Positions 12,980 to 27,029 of a stretch of 64,000 bases of DNA are shown in pieces. The stretch spans positions 5,084,001-5,148,000 of the forward strand of contig JAYWIR010000002.1 in the NCBI GenBank assembly GCA_036172245.1, given 5' to 3'. Source of the stretch: Raillietiella orientalis. Lineage: Eukaryota. Position numbers and translations under genes: made by a program. The notes beneath the pieces were generated by a model. The model saw only the letters and a list, made by a program, of their open reading frames with translations, was not told the origin of the DNA and did not search any database. Within the stretch, counting starts at the first letter, position 1. Each line of letters opens with the position of its first letter.

Positions 12980-15900
12980 CTATTTCATTTGCTTTGGGCA
13001 GTTTTTTCGTGTGTGGCCTGAGAACAGTTTGTTTACTTAATGCATTTGTACAGACAAAATGACCTGTTCCTCCACAGATACCACATCTTCTCCTTTTTTT
13101 ATTGGATGCTGAACACAGCTGTGTTTTTTGAGTGGTGGCTGACTGGTTTGTATTCAAATCAGCCCACTGGAAGAAACCACATCTCTCATTATCATGTTTA
13201 TTGCAATGATAATACGGCCTTCCGCGAGATGGACCATCTATCATGGTAGATCTGCAATAATTATATCAATCAAAGAACACAGGAAGTGACAGTAATACTT
13301 TTTTGCTGATGCACCACAGTGACAATGAATAGGTGCTAATGTAGAAGGCAAAAAAGCACCTGATGGTGAATCATCTGCCCAAATAAAAAAATTACAGTTC
13401 TGCCCAGGTGGACGTGCACATTTATAGAATTGTCGACCTGGAAAAAAAGTCCTTAAATAAAGCATTACTAGATAACTGACTCTAGCTCTGTAAAACGTTG
13501 TCCTGTCACATTTCAAATATGCTCAAAAATACCTTTGTTGATTCCATCTTTACGTACAGTTAAAAGCAAGGCATCCTCTTGGCAATTACATACCACAGGA
13601 TTGTGGGATGCAGGAATATTTCTATATATATAAAAAAAAATGCTAAAATAAGATTCAAATGATTTCGATCTCACAAGTTTGGGATGCTTGAAAACTGCCT
13701 GCTTTCAGAAGGTAACTGATCTGCCCATTGGAAAAAAGTGCAAGCATTACTGCTACCACACTTATAAAACTGCCTACCTATTAGCAAGTGTGTCAATACA
13801 AACATTTGCCTGTCACAATCAACCTACCGACATTAATTCCCTCTTTACGAACAGTTAAGAGAATAGCAGGTCTTCCACAATGGCAGGTTGGCGTATTTTG
13901 ACTACCATACATTCGGGGATGATTAGTTCGATCCGATAATGAATTAAAGTCGTTGCCTGAATTCGTTTGCAAAGTGTTTGCTCCATGAATATGTGCACAA
14001 GAAACCAAAGGATGAATGTGCAGACTGTCCAACATCTGTTGATCACAACCACCAACACATAAAACACATGGAGAAGGAAGAAGCGCTGCTAATTCGCTTC
14101 CATGTTTAATCTGTAATTCTAGTAGGTTAGGACTATGTGAACACTAAAGAAGCCACAATGATTAATCATTAATGCGTGAGCTACCCTACCTGAGAGCATT
14201 TTTGAGAAAGAAGTTTGACACTGATGATATCTGATGGAAACCAGACAGCAGCTTTGCAATCAGGAAAGTTTGCACAGCTGAGGAAGAAACTACCATTCTG
14301 TCGTGTTTTTACGTAGATTTCACCCCTGCAACGGGGACAGTGCATAACCATCTGAGGACCAGAACTTAATGCAGATTGATAAAGTTCTGTCTCAGGAATT
14401 TCTACAGGAGAGCCTAAGTAAGATGCAATGACATCATCAAGTTTTTTTATATCTGCCATCGTCATCTTGAAGATGTGCTCGTACTTGGCTAATTGTTCTT
14501 GCAATACAGTTTGAGGGTCTCTTTGTTTTTCACATATGCTAATAAAGGAAGAAATATATTAATGAGACAAATCTCATCCTTTCACCTTTTCAGTTGTTGT
14601 TCTAATTCTGCGCGTAAGTGTGGTTTTGACATAGCAAATCCCATACTATCATAGCCTTCTACTAAACCTAATCCCAGTTGTCCAGGTATCAGTCGACCTT
14701 CTTGGACGCTGACATATCCACGTGTTTTAATGGTCTCAATGTGTTCAGCATGAGTTGCATCAGTACCTTCAACAGCATACTGAATTTGACAATAAGGTAA
14801 TATTCTACCAATCCCATGTCGATCCATAAGAGCAATGAGATCAGCTTCTGTCAATAATTGTGGGGGACTAGTCTTTCCTTCTAAAACGTCAATGCTTGTG
14901 GGAATAAATTCTTGATTTGGATGATAAACAGGTATGGCCTGTGCTTTCCACTGATCATATGGATATACATCCAAATAATTCCGAGCCAGTATAACTAATC
15001 CACAAGCAAAAAACTGTTGAATTTTAGAACCAATGTCCATCAAATGCTCCCACCTTCTCTGTTCCAATAGCAATGTCTACTCGTGTTTCTTGTCCTTGAG
15101 CATCTTGTGAACAACATGCCAAGAAATGACGAACGATAAATTCATAAACTTTGAATTCATCACCACTGAGAGAAGACACCCACTTTGTTGGATGTATTGG
15201 AGGATGAGCATTATCACTCTTTTTACCTTGTCTTGGATCAGGCCCCTTACTGTTTAATATTTGTCTAGCAAAGTCTATTTCCAATAAGGTACTACTTCAA
15301 AAATTCAATTTACCTCCCCATTGCCTATCTTCACATTGCAATTCTATTAAAGCAACCAAGTCCAAATCTTTTGGAAATATGTTAGTTTCTGTTCTTGGAT
15401 AACTGATGTATCCAGAAGTATACAATTTCTCCGCTGTAGCCAAAACTTGCTTGGCTGTCATACGAAGCTTTTTGGAGCCCATCTTTTCCAATTCCTGATA
15501 TCATTTTGCTAAAAGGCTGCAGTTTTGATGCTTGCTTGCACATACAACTGTATCCAAAGGTAATGGTCTCCACTTGCTCTTGGGTTTAACTGCAACATTG
15601 GTGACTTTTGCTGTTCTTGCTTCATGACATTCAGCACACAATGCACGACAGGCACGCTCTTCAAAGAGACGAACACGACACCAAGAAAATTCTACCAATT
15701 CATTTTTACCATCGGCATTATTTAAATGAGTAACTAAAAATATAAAATACATCAACTCCATAAATTTAATACGTTCTCGTCATGTACAACTATGCAGAAC
15801 TCAGAAAAATGCAATGCAATGGTTCACGATCATTAAGAACTCAACAAAGAAGTTCAGTTTTAAAACCCATTGCACATATGGCAGGAAGTTACTAAGGAGA

Positions 15901-18900
15901 ATCGACTAACAGCAGAATACATGAAGAATTGTACTACTTGTTATATAGGAGGCAGTCGGAAACAGTTTAACTTGCAATTCGTATGATAGTTTGTCACAAA
16001 CAGAATATGAAGGTAGACAAGCTAACAACTCAAACGAAATTCATAAGTAAACAAATGAGCATGAATAAGTTCACTACGAAATCTGATGATGAAAGGGAAA
16101 AAACAAACAAACGTAAAAGAAATTGTGCATTACAGGAATGTAGCAATCAAAATGTAACTGTATAATGTACTGTAGGCATTTTCGATGCATGAATTTCAAG
16201 TACTCATGAAATAATTATAAAACATACAGTTAATATAGTTTGATTACAAAAAAGGGGGCATAGGTTAAAACAGACGTACTGTTGAAATTTGAGATATTTG
16301 CTTGACTTAGAATGTCATAAATTACTTATGCTATTCCATTTCCAATGCATGCTAGATTAATAAGTAGGAACATACAACTTGTGAATTACAAGAATGAAAG
16401 GGGAAAAAAATCACTAAAGGATATAAAACCAAAAAAAAAAAAAAGGGAAACACGGAAATAAAAATTGGAAGAAAAAAAAAAAGACTCGAAAAATGCCAAA
16501 TATTCGATTGCTCTGGGAGTGCTCCTAAACTAACAACCATTCTGAACAGAATTGAATTTTAGACAACATTCAAAAGTCCAAACTAAGAAAACCAAAAACA
16601 CACAATATTCTTTGGTCCAGCCGCACAATCAATATTACTCATTCATTGAATTCCAACAGAGTATTGAATTTGTTTTTTTTTACTTGAAAACAAAAACAAC
16701 ATAGCATACACACTCATTATTGATACAAAATACGTATTTGCTAATTTTAAGCTATTGCTCTGGTAGATTAAACGATTTCCCAAAATTCAAATAGATGATG
16801 AAAATCGACTTTCATTATCTTCAAACTTCATCTTCTGAAGATTTCTATGGAATCTTTAAAAAAAAAAATTAATGCAAAAAGAAATGGCATATGGTTGAAA
16901 AAAACAATATATATACAAACCCTGAATTTTCCAAAATGGTTCAGAAATGAATTTCTGAATAGCTAGAAACCTCTCCACTACGAATCCTAATGTTGGAAAT
17001 TGACAACTGCCATAGCTAATTAATGCATCTGAGAGAACATGGGGAAACAGTCTAGTTAGTCGCAATGTGAGAAATCGAGTGAAGGCAGCACCTGAAAACA
17101 CATATCAATAAAAACATGAATGCTAAAAAAAAAAAACGATATTCAGAGAACCACAAAATAAAATTATAATAAAACAGGGTATAAAAGAGAATCAATTTAT
17201 ATGCTCAAAATAGTCAAGATGGTAAGGCATCTAGCAGTAGGACTTGTGCTTATGGATTAAGGTCTAGAACATTGGCATCTCAAAAATTCGCTAATAAAAC
17301 TCATAAGCTTATCGCTGAATGAATTTCAACTTTGTACTGAAAATCCAAATGGAAGCCAAAATCCAGAGATCCAGAGTTATATTTTGCTTGCCAAAATGCT
17401 ATTAGGATACAACTGCTGATATCAGATGCATAAATTGATCTATTTCAATCAGAATATCTATTGAATCAAAAACAGTTACATTGCTACTACTTGCATTAAC
17501 ACTGACAGATCCTACTTTTGCTCAATAATTATTACAAACATTACTTCAGATTAAATACAATGCACATTATAATACTGCAATACAGCGATCTAGATCCAGT
17601 TCAAAACTAGCACATTTCAGGACAGTTATCCTTATTTCAAGATACCATGATAAACCAAAATTGAAACCTAATAAGGTTCAAATAGATTCTTAATGGTGAA
17701 GACTCTTAACTATGAATTTGTCAATTCAAGGATACCCCAAAATGTTGCATCCTTTATTAAAAATCAAATGGGAATCTTGATGCATGGAAATGCCTCAAAA
17801 AATTATTTTATATGTCACTGTGTTTGTGCAATCTTAACTCCCAAAATAAATAGGGAGATCGTTCTATTCAGATGTTTTTTCAATGTCCTAAAAAATGAAT
17901 GACTAACTTTGTTAACCATGTATATTTTAAGAATCGACGAAAAAAATCCAGACAAGTACATCATGAAAATCATCAAATTTCACATCTCCAAAAGGAACTT
18001 TATTAAATTGAACACCGACAAAAACAAACTTAAAACAAAAAGAATTTGTAAATGCTAAAAGATATTTCATTTTTTTTTTTTTTTTTTTTTTTTCAAAACA
18101 CAAAATAGAAATAAAAGTAAACTCCAAATCAAGGTAAACAAAGCTTCTGAAAACTACAACTGCCTTACAAACCTATACCAGAATTACTGTCAAATTAATT
18201 TAGTTAAATACGCTCTGAAATATTGATACATCATAAGGTTTATCAATCTGATAAAATGAATTTTCAATTTTAATGTATAACATATACATACATCATAAGG
18301 TTTATCAATTTGATAAAATGAATTTTCAATTTTAATGTATAACATATACATTAAAATTGAAAATTCATTTTATGTGATATACTGTTATGTGATATACATC
18401 ATTATAAACGAAAATCAAAAAGATAAAAGATAATAGCTTGCAAATTGATGTAATGTCAAATACCAGAATAAAAGCAAATATTTCTTGTGTGAAATCATAG
18501 TAGAAAAAATGTAACTCAAAAAAAGAAAAATGAAATATTCCCATCACTGATTTCATATCCTGGACTGGCAGATCTTTACATAGATGCCATAACAACAGCT
18601 CTAAATGATAAAACTCTTACTTCTGAGGATTTCCTCTTGTTTTTTATTGAAAAAATCACGTTTTTCGTATACTGTTTGCTTCCACAAAAGGTTTGTTACA
18701 ATAAATACATTAGCAGTACAATGTCTTAGTTGGATTCCACATTCAGTTGCTTGATGTCTAAGTTAAGGTGATGACTCTGACAAACATGTGAAAATGATCA
18801 TCACATAATTACAGGTGATGTGGTTAATTATCTTCACTAAGTTCTCTGATTTTGAACAAACAAACTGCTCTGCTAAAGTGAACAGCTTCTTTTACTGTTT

Positions 18901-21900
18901 TCTTGAAATCTTTCTTCTCTCTTCCAATAAAAAGGCAAGAAGCTTATAATAAATAATTTTTGCTTTCTTTCAATAAGCAGTAGCTCAAAAATTGCAGTTC
19001 ACATAGGATGTTCTTTTATGGAAATGTCAATACAGGTACATTTTTTCTCGATTCCAATCTGGAAATCTTCATAGAATTTTGTACATCAGAAAGCCTTGGC
19101 AAAAGAAGCAGAAGGTATTTGTATTGTTGAAAAGTTCATTTTCTACTTAATTTTAAAAATGAGTATTAAATGGACAATGTCATGCTGAGTTCAAAATTTA
19201 AGGAATGAATCTAACACATCAAAAGACAAAGCCACACTCAACTCATGCTTAATTCCGTAAAACAGATGCATTTAAGGAGAATGAAGAATAAAACCATTGA
19301 AAACCAATTATGACACGAACAAGAGGAAACATTCTGGATTTCTCAATATCAATTATAATGTAAGTATGTGATTGTCGCTGTAGCCATATAACGCTATAAA
19401 ACAAACAGTTGTTTCTATTCTCATTCAATGATTTTGCAAAAAATACCTATTCGTAGATCTAACTCAGTCCTGACATCAACAGCATCACTAGAAGGTTTAT
19501 CAGGAGACTGAAGACAAGCACAAGCTTCTTGGAGAGAACGCGCAGTGAAATCTGAAAACCGGGCTCTGGAGAATTTCTTCTTTTATCAATACTACTTGTG
19601 TACTTTACCGATGAACTTGAATGTTGGGTTTAATTTCTCGACAAACAGATATCACTTCAAAACCAATATTTTCTCCTTCCCTGTCACAATCAGTCCAAAT
19701 AATTAAAACATCACATGAAGCAACTTCATGCTGTAAAGTTTGCTAGAACATAACAGTATGCATCATTCTATGATGGTAAATAGAGTTAGCTAGTGTGCAA
19801 AACTTCAGCACACTGATCATTCAAAGATTTTATTCATTTGTATAGTATATGCCTTAGTACATTTTTAATTTTATTAATATAGATAATAATAATACACATA
19901 GCACACTAGGCTATTGAGAAATACCTTTATTGAAGTGTGAAACATATATTACCTTTGTGATGCAAAAATATTAAAGTTTCAACAAGGGTTCTATTGATAA
20001 CCATAAACAAAGATAATAGAAATGTTCACACTAAAATATCCAATAAATCAGATGCTCTCCCCAAATAAAAATTAGTTGATCAAATATTAGCATTCTAAAT
20101 CAATCTAGAATTTCTAGCATGGCATTAAATTTATAGATTCAAAGCTGGGCAAAATTCAACTGAAAATAAAATGCATTGCATCATTGATGGTTTTTAAATA
20201 AGGTTGGAAAATAACGAAGGCTGGATCACAATCAAATAAAACAGCATATATGAAAACAAATCCATATATGTTATAACATATACGTATCATTGCTCTCATC
20301 GTTATTAAGTACATATTATCTTTGCATACTTGATGTAGTTAAAGACTTACTTGTAAATTACCTAACATTCATTCTCAATCTACAAATACTAAATGGACTT
20401 GTAGATCGAGAATCCTACTGCTTTCTTAAGACTCCTTATCATACTGCAACTCCTGGCCACATTACCCATCATTAGTCATATGTTATTTAAAAATATCTAA
20501 CAAAGCACTTCTCAAAAAACTCGCACATTCCTTTGAGATACTATATTTAGATTAGTTATGGGCTCTTCCACATGTATACAACTAATTTTATGTAGCTCAA
20601 TCAACATACCATCTCTGTCTTATTGCATATTATTTAATTTCTTCTATCATACTCAAAAATTATGAAATTCTTTGCAATTGCACTTATATTATTTCATGTT
20701 ACGAATGTATTACTTTTGTTTATGTGAAAAAAAAAATTAGAACTCATACAATATGTATACCATAATGAAAATAAGTACTTTGGATTCTACGAAAAAAGTA
20801 AACAAGTATTCCTCTTCTCATTTTCTTTTTTGTTTTCTCAAAGTATGATAAAAGTTTTGGATTATGTTTTCCATCACTTGTTTACAGCATATGCTTTCAC
20901 ACATGATGAAAATGATTCATGTTAACAATTCAACTATCAGTAAAGACATTTGATTACTCAATGCCAGCTTTTTAAAAGTTCTCATCATCAATTTCAGCTT
21001 GAAGTAATATTTTAATGAATCCTCTATCATTGTGATAATATTATGCCTTAGAACTGCTTCACCTAGTTCTCATTTTTAAGTTTTATCGGGGATTTCAACT
21101 TATAGCTAAATTCTATTTTAAAAGCCTCTGTGCTTTAAAACTTTGGGTTGTTCTTTTTTTAAATACTCAGGTGTGTCAAATATGTCACCGTCATCGGATT
21201 GGCATTTTTGATTTTGCTGTTTCTGAAGTTAGTTTTCAAAGAACCTATAAAATGTTTTGATATTTTCAGGGGTTCAATCTTTAAAGATAGTCTTGAAACC
21301 ATGAACAAAAAATTGCTTCATTCTATTCCACATTGTACTTTCTCAAACTTATTACGTTTGGCTTCTCAAGACTATTCCCATAAATGCAGTTGCTGATTAG
21401 TGTACATGAAAACTTGTATCCGCTATGTACATGCATTTATAATGTGTATGTAAATATAAAATATACAGGGAATTATATAATCTTGAAAATTCTAACAATG
21501 TCACATAAACCTTCAAAAGATTGTTTTAGGAAATGCATTTTAGGAAATGTTAATCAGTATATTTTCAGATAATGAATTTTGTAATCTTTATTCACCATCT
21601 TCAGAATACTCTTACATGAAATGGATTCACTAAATGAATTTGAAGACTTCACAGGTCTCCAAATAAAACGAAAATAGAAAAGTGCACAAGATATTACTAG
21701 ATAAGAAATTTCGCTAATATCAAATATATGCCAACGATTTTATGTTCTGTTATCAAGGCTATCAAATGTCAAAATCCTTGTTTATCAAAGTACCAGTATA
21801 TTGTAATGTTCGAATACATAGATAATTTTAACATATTGAATATAATATGTACATGCAATAGTTCAAGAAACCCTGAACACATTACTGACATTTGTGAACC

Positions 21901-24900
21901 ATCCAGAACTTTCCTTAACCCTGCAGCTTCTGATAATCATGTCTAGAAAAAGAAAAAAAGAAGAATGAAGGGTTTTTCTGTCATGAATAAAACGGTGAAT
22001 TTAAATATTATTGGCAATGCCTATTTTCAAGAGTCCTTTTTCTTTTTCTAGCATCTCATAAATTTTTTAAAAAAGATGTTTGCATTTCACAGAACTCTGA
22101 TTTTTCTTATTCTAATGTTTGTTATCAAATACAGAAGGAATTCCGTTGCAAAAAATTCCATTTATAAGCTTTCTTTGCAAGATTATTAAGCATATTTTGA
22201 AATATCATAGGTACAATTTCATGTTTTTTAAACTTACTATAAATTATCAATATTATAGCAAACATTTTCTTTTCTGAATTGCCTGATCCTCTTTTAATAT
22301 TCCTTTTCTATAGCATTCCTAAAGTTGTAACTGCTATTAAAACTCCATTAACATGGCGTGAAAAATTGGCAAGTAGCACTGTATTTAGTAAACTGTACCT
22401 GTACTAGGCGACTAGAGAATGTGTGAAAATAATATTAATACGAAGCATTAAATTGATAAAAATGATAAATGTGCCATTCCATTTATTTATCACATTCTTT
22501 ATTAAATAATCAAGAATCTGAACAAAATCGACAATTAACAAATAATGACAATCTGGGTGTCATTTTCATTGCAATTGAATCCAGTAAAATTAATAAGATA
22601 CTTCACGATTCTTTGTTTTACCTGCTACTTATTATAATTGTGAAATTACAATTTTCATGCTTTCATAAGTGAAAATCAATGCATACAATTTCTTTTTAAT
22701 CTTCTAAGAAAACTGTCTGCAAAATTATTGAAACTAGTAACTTTCTAAGAGGCTAACATACTATTCAATAAGTTTACACAAAAGGTATTCAATTAACATC
22801 TGGCACACTTGTTTTGAAAACACAAAACAAAGCAGTAGCAAAACTCAATCTTTGAAATTAAGCACATGTATTAACTAAAACTGCAAATTATAAATTGAAG
22901 AAATTCATCATCATTATTAAATCTGATATTATCTAAACTATAATGAAATGATTTATTTAAGCAATCACCCACTTAGAACAAAGATCAATTCTTTAACAAA
23001 TTTGCAGCAAAACTTGCACCAAATACCACAAGTATCTCAAACATTTAAACTGACATCAATCCTTGAAGATAAAAATTAACATAATTACTTAAATTTACAA
23101 TGGTGCAAAACTATGGGAGGCAATCCTAAGAATCTAAAGAATCCCATCAAATAAATGAATAAATACTTTGAAAATAAATAAGCAACAAATGATTAAATTT
23201 AATCCTCATTTCTATCCAAAAGGGCACATACTAATTAAAGTGCCAAACTTGCATTAAAGAACACATCTGAAGATTGTTCAAACCAAATACACTGCAAGAG
23301 AATGTGATAATCTCAATGAGTGATACTAAATGGCACTGTGATAATCAACGACATTGCAACAAAAATGGTAACAAGCAAATTTAATGAAGCACTCTGACTA
23401 AAAGGAAATGAGAAAAAACACCATCAAAAAGGATCCCAATCACTATAGTCTGCAAACAACGAATTTAGCTCTTGAAAACAAATAATAATAATTACTGGAA
23501 TGTTTTTTAAATTGATACAACTTACAATAATATATATTTTATATGAGCATAAGAATGGATGAATAATAAATCAATAATGAATGGTGCAATTATGGTGAGC
23601 AGGAAAATAAGCATTTCCTAAAGACTCACTTGGTTTTTGTTAGGAGGGTTAAAAATTTACAGCAAGTCATGAATATATGGGTTATGATTAGTTTGGTGGA
23701 GAAACATAAATGAGGACAGAACTGACAAAGGTAAGAGAAACAACACAACCAGACAAAAATAGTAGATATAAAGAAATTACATTTCAACAAAAATTAAACT
23801 AACATCACACAAGATCTCATGCCTCTCAAATATGAACAAACCTTTTTAGTTTTTGAGTAATTTTACCTAAGTACTCAACATTATGAGAAACAGATAAATA
23901 GACAGCTTAATAGTGGCATTCCAACAGCAAAATAGTGACACTCTGAAATGAAATTGCAGATACACGTTTAATGCAAGCATTCATAATAAGCAGTGTATTT
24001 AAACATGGATACACTTAGATGTGAATATCCAGCTCAGACTGCTTGGGAAAGAAGTACTAATGAATCAGAATGGTCTTGTGACAACTCTACCAAAGAATGG
24101 CTCAAGGAGCTATTAGAAGAATAAAACTGCAGTTACAAAAATATAACATCTCAAAATTCTCATAGGGAACCTTTCTAAAACATGAAGCTCAACAATTATG
24201 TGAAAAGGTGGTATCACTCAAAATAAGCTCTGCATGAAACAATTCAAATTATCTGATCCAATGTTTTGGAAACAAAAAAACTTCACAAATAGGCAAAGCC
24301 AAATCAATCCACAATGCAAATGAACCAAGTCATCTTACAAGATGACTGTGAACCAAGTCATCCTGCAAGATGACTTGCTTCATTTGTATTGTGAATTAAA
24401 TTCTTCTGGCTGATTTTTTTTTCAACACTTTATTTCAAAACAATAAAGATATAGAAAAATCTATAAAATAAAATAGGCCACAAAGCATTTCAAATTTTAT
24501 AAATACAAGATAATTTCACTGAACACATTTTTTTCAAATTAGGAAATAAAGTTAACTCCATCATCTATTTATCATTTGCCTAGAATTTAAAAATCTTGCA
24601 GAGCATATGCATGCATTGATTAATTAAAATATGACTTTGTATAATTAAAACATGAGTTGTATAATAAGATTACCTTAATTCCCAAATAGTCTTTGGGGCA
24701 GAATTTCTTTGTTGCAGCACTAAACAACAACAAAGGATGACAACTGGACCACTTTTTATAGCCATCTACAAAGTCCAAATGAAGCAGATGTCCAGATACA
24801 GATGTCATTATCATCTGACAACGATGTCCCCAAACCTGATAGTCAAACTGATATATCTTATTGAACTTCGACGAACCTTCCCTCTGAAAAAAATTTTTAC

Positions 24901-25240
24901 TTAAATGGATTATCATAACACAGTAAAGGCCCCAATTAGTATGAATACATGTATCACGCCTAACTATAATTTGATCTACCTTTCTAAAATGGTTGGATGA
25001 TAAGATGGATGCAATATTTTTCGCTGCATCATTTTTTTCAGCTACATTTAATATTTTCATTGTTGGTGCCTTGGTATTCTTTTCTAATGCATTGCTCGCT
25101 GGTTCAGTGTCAATACTACTTATGAATTTCTGAGATGGTGGCTTTTCTTTGATACGGCTTCGAAAACTCAAATCACGAACTGCTTTGTTTAAACTCCTAA
25201 AGTCATTTTTTTTTTGACATCTTATCAACGATGCAATCAT
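12980..25240 (-). CDS. TOP3A: DNA topoisomerase III alpha
   Basis: Exons include 25240-24980, 24883-24674, 19742-19609, 19565-19447, 17091-16921, 15733-15546, 15494-15314, 15274-15054, 15013-14809, 14766-14586, 14538-14190, 14143-13828, four further small exons to 13064, and 13017-12980. Motifs [45 protein letters not shown], active-site [28 protein letters not shown] zinc fingers and a terminal CCHC knuckle. Confidence 0.96.
18226..18373. repeat. 62-bp tandem duplication ending in a perfect 28-bp inverted repeat (TOP3A intron)
   Basis: 18226-18287 repeated at 18288-18349; arms 18313-18340 and 18346-18373 are exact reverse complements around a 5-nt loop. Confidence 0.9.
24310..24393. repeat. 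Imperfect palindrome with internal duplication (MITE-like relic) in TOP3A intron
   Basis: cacaatgcaaatgaaccaagtcatc pairs with gatgacttgcttcatttgtattgtg; the unit gaaccaagtcatc..caagatgact occurs twice. Confidence 0.75.
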
Positions 25241-26454
25241 ATGTCGGTTTCAGGGCAATATTATTTCACAATTATTGGCAGTGATTTTCAAATTCAACGC
25301 TTACTAGGATCAACTATGAATACTTGTCACCGGAATCGAATTCAATTACATGGATTTTCAGCTATGAAATTCTCTATTTAAAATCATCAGAAACGCTTGT
25401 ACCAAGTAATGTTGTGCAGGAAAAAAAATAGTAAAAAAGCAAAACAAGTCAAGTTCATTTCACTCATGGGAATTCCATCATTTTACGAAACAAATCCACA
25501 TATCCACTCACATTTTCAGATTCAAATAATCCACAACAGGGTATCCAAGGTATCAGCAATATTTCATATTTACATTTATTTTATCAATCATCCTATTTGT
25601 CATCTCTTATCTGTAACATAATCATTAGCTTCAGAACAAAAAAAATGGACAGAATATTATATGTTTTTTCTGTAGTCACAAACGAATTATTCAAAATGCC
25701 TCATTTACAGTTTTGAAAGTTTAATGTAACAATGCAATAAATCCATTTCTACATTCTGAAACAAAAACCTGTTCGCAGGAAAAATTTCTAAGGAACGAAG
25801 ATTTGAACTTCCGAGTTAAGAGAAGTTAGAAAACTCTTGAATAAACTATTAGTAATAATTTTATTTTTTATTTTTATAATTACCATTAATTTAACTCTGT
25901 AATGAGTAAACTTCTCATGGAGAGTTTAAGGTGAAACACAAAAAAACTGATGTCCTTATAAGAATGAAATGATGAGAAGCAAATAGGGTTTTTTTATTTT
26001 TCTTAATGTTGAGTGTCCATATGAGTTTGTATTTAATCATGCTGCAAGCAGTTTGGAAATTTTCTTATTTTTGGGTATTTTTTGCGTAACTTCAGTTAAA
26101 CTGCAGAGAATGCAATCACAGTACAAGTAAACACTTTAGAATCTTTAAGGAATGCAAATTCGAATTACTCAGTCACATAAAGCGTGAAAGTATCACGCTT
26201 TAGGGAGTTAGTGATAAAATTGGATATTAGAATCATGTTTAATGTGTGAATTCTAAAACGATCGTTTCCCAGACTGGGAGGCACTGCATCTCATACCTGC
26301 AATACCTTAAGAATGTTAATTTAGCAAAAAAAGTATTCTTTACTATTTACTCTTGGATTCTCTTGAAAAAAGCGTCAGTATTGAGGACATTTTACTACCT
26401 GAAACAAAAGTGATCACTTCTATTTCTTTAAAATAAATAAATAAATTTCGACAT

Positions 26455-27027
26455 TTGAGCCTAACTGGAAAACCAAAAAAGCTGGATCAATGGGTGCCGC
26501 ACGGGCGAAACGAACATCAAGCAATTCGGCGATACGAAGTCTGCTCTGCACTTCTTTTGCATAACAAAAATGATCTCTTTCCTGATCGCTGGTCACGTGT
26601 GATGAAAGTGGATTCTCTAAAACTATCGGAAGCGTTCATCACAGTGGCTGAACCGAAAAGAAGCACCAAAAGCTTTCTGAACCGAAGTTCCATTCATGAA
26701 AAAAAGATTATAGTCACTGTTTGGTGGTCTGTAAGCGGCATCGTTCACCCCGACTTCTTAAATCCTGGTGAAACAACATCAGCAGAAGAATATCGTCAGG
26801 AAATTGACAAAATGCATGAGATGCTGCACCGTTTACGACTAGCATCAGTCAATCGAAGAGGACCAATTCTCCTTCATGACAATGCCCGAACACACGTATC
26901 GCAAATGACTTAAAAAAAATGAAATGAACTGGGTTATGAAACCTTACCGCATCTGCCTTATTCTCCGGGCCTATTTCCGACAAAGTAGCATTTTTTTAAA
27001 CATTTGAGTAATTTCCTACGTGAGAAG
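26455..27027 (+). mobile_element. Mariner transposase pseudogene (catalytic part)
   Basis: KKLDQWVPH (WVPHEL), VTVWW, GPILLHDNARTH, LGYETLPHLPYSPGLFP (YSPDLAP), HFFKHL; frameshifts and stops; truncated by a LINE fragment. Confidence 0.93.
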
Positions 27028-27029
27028 GT

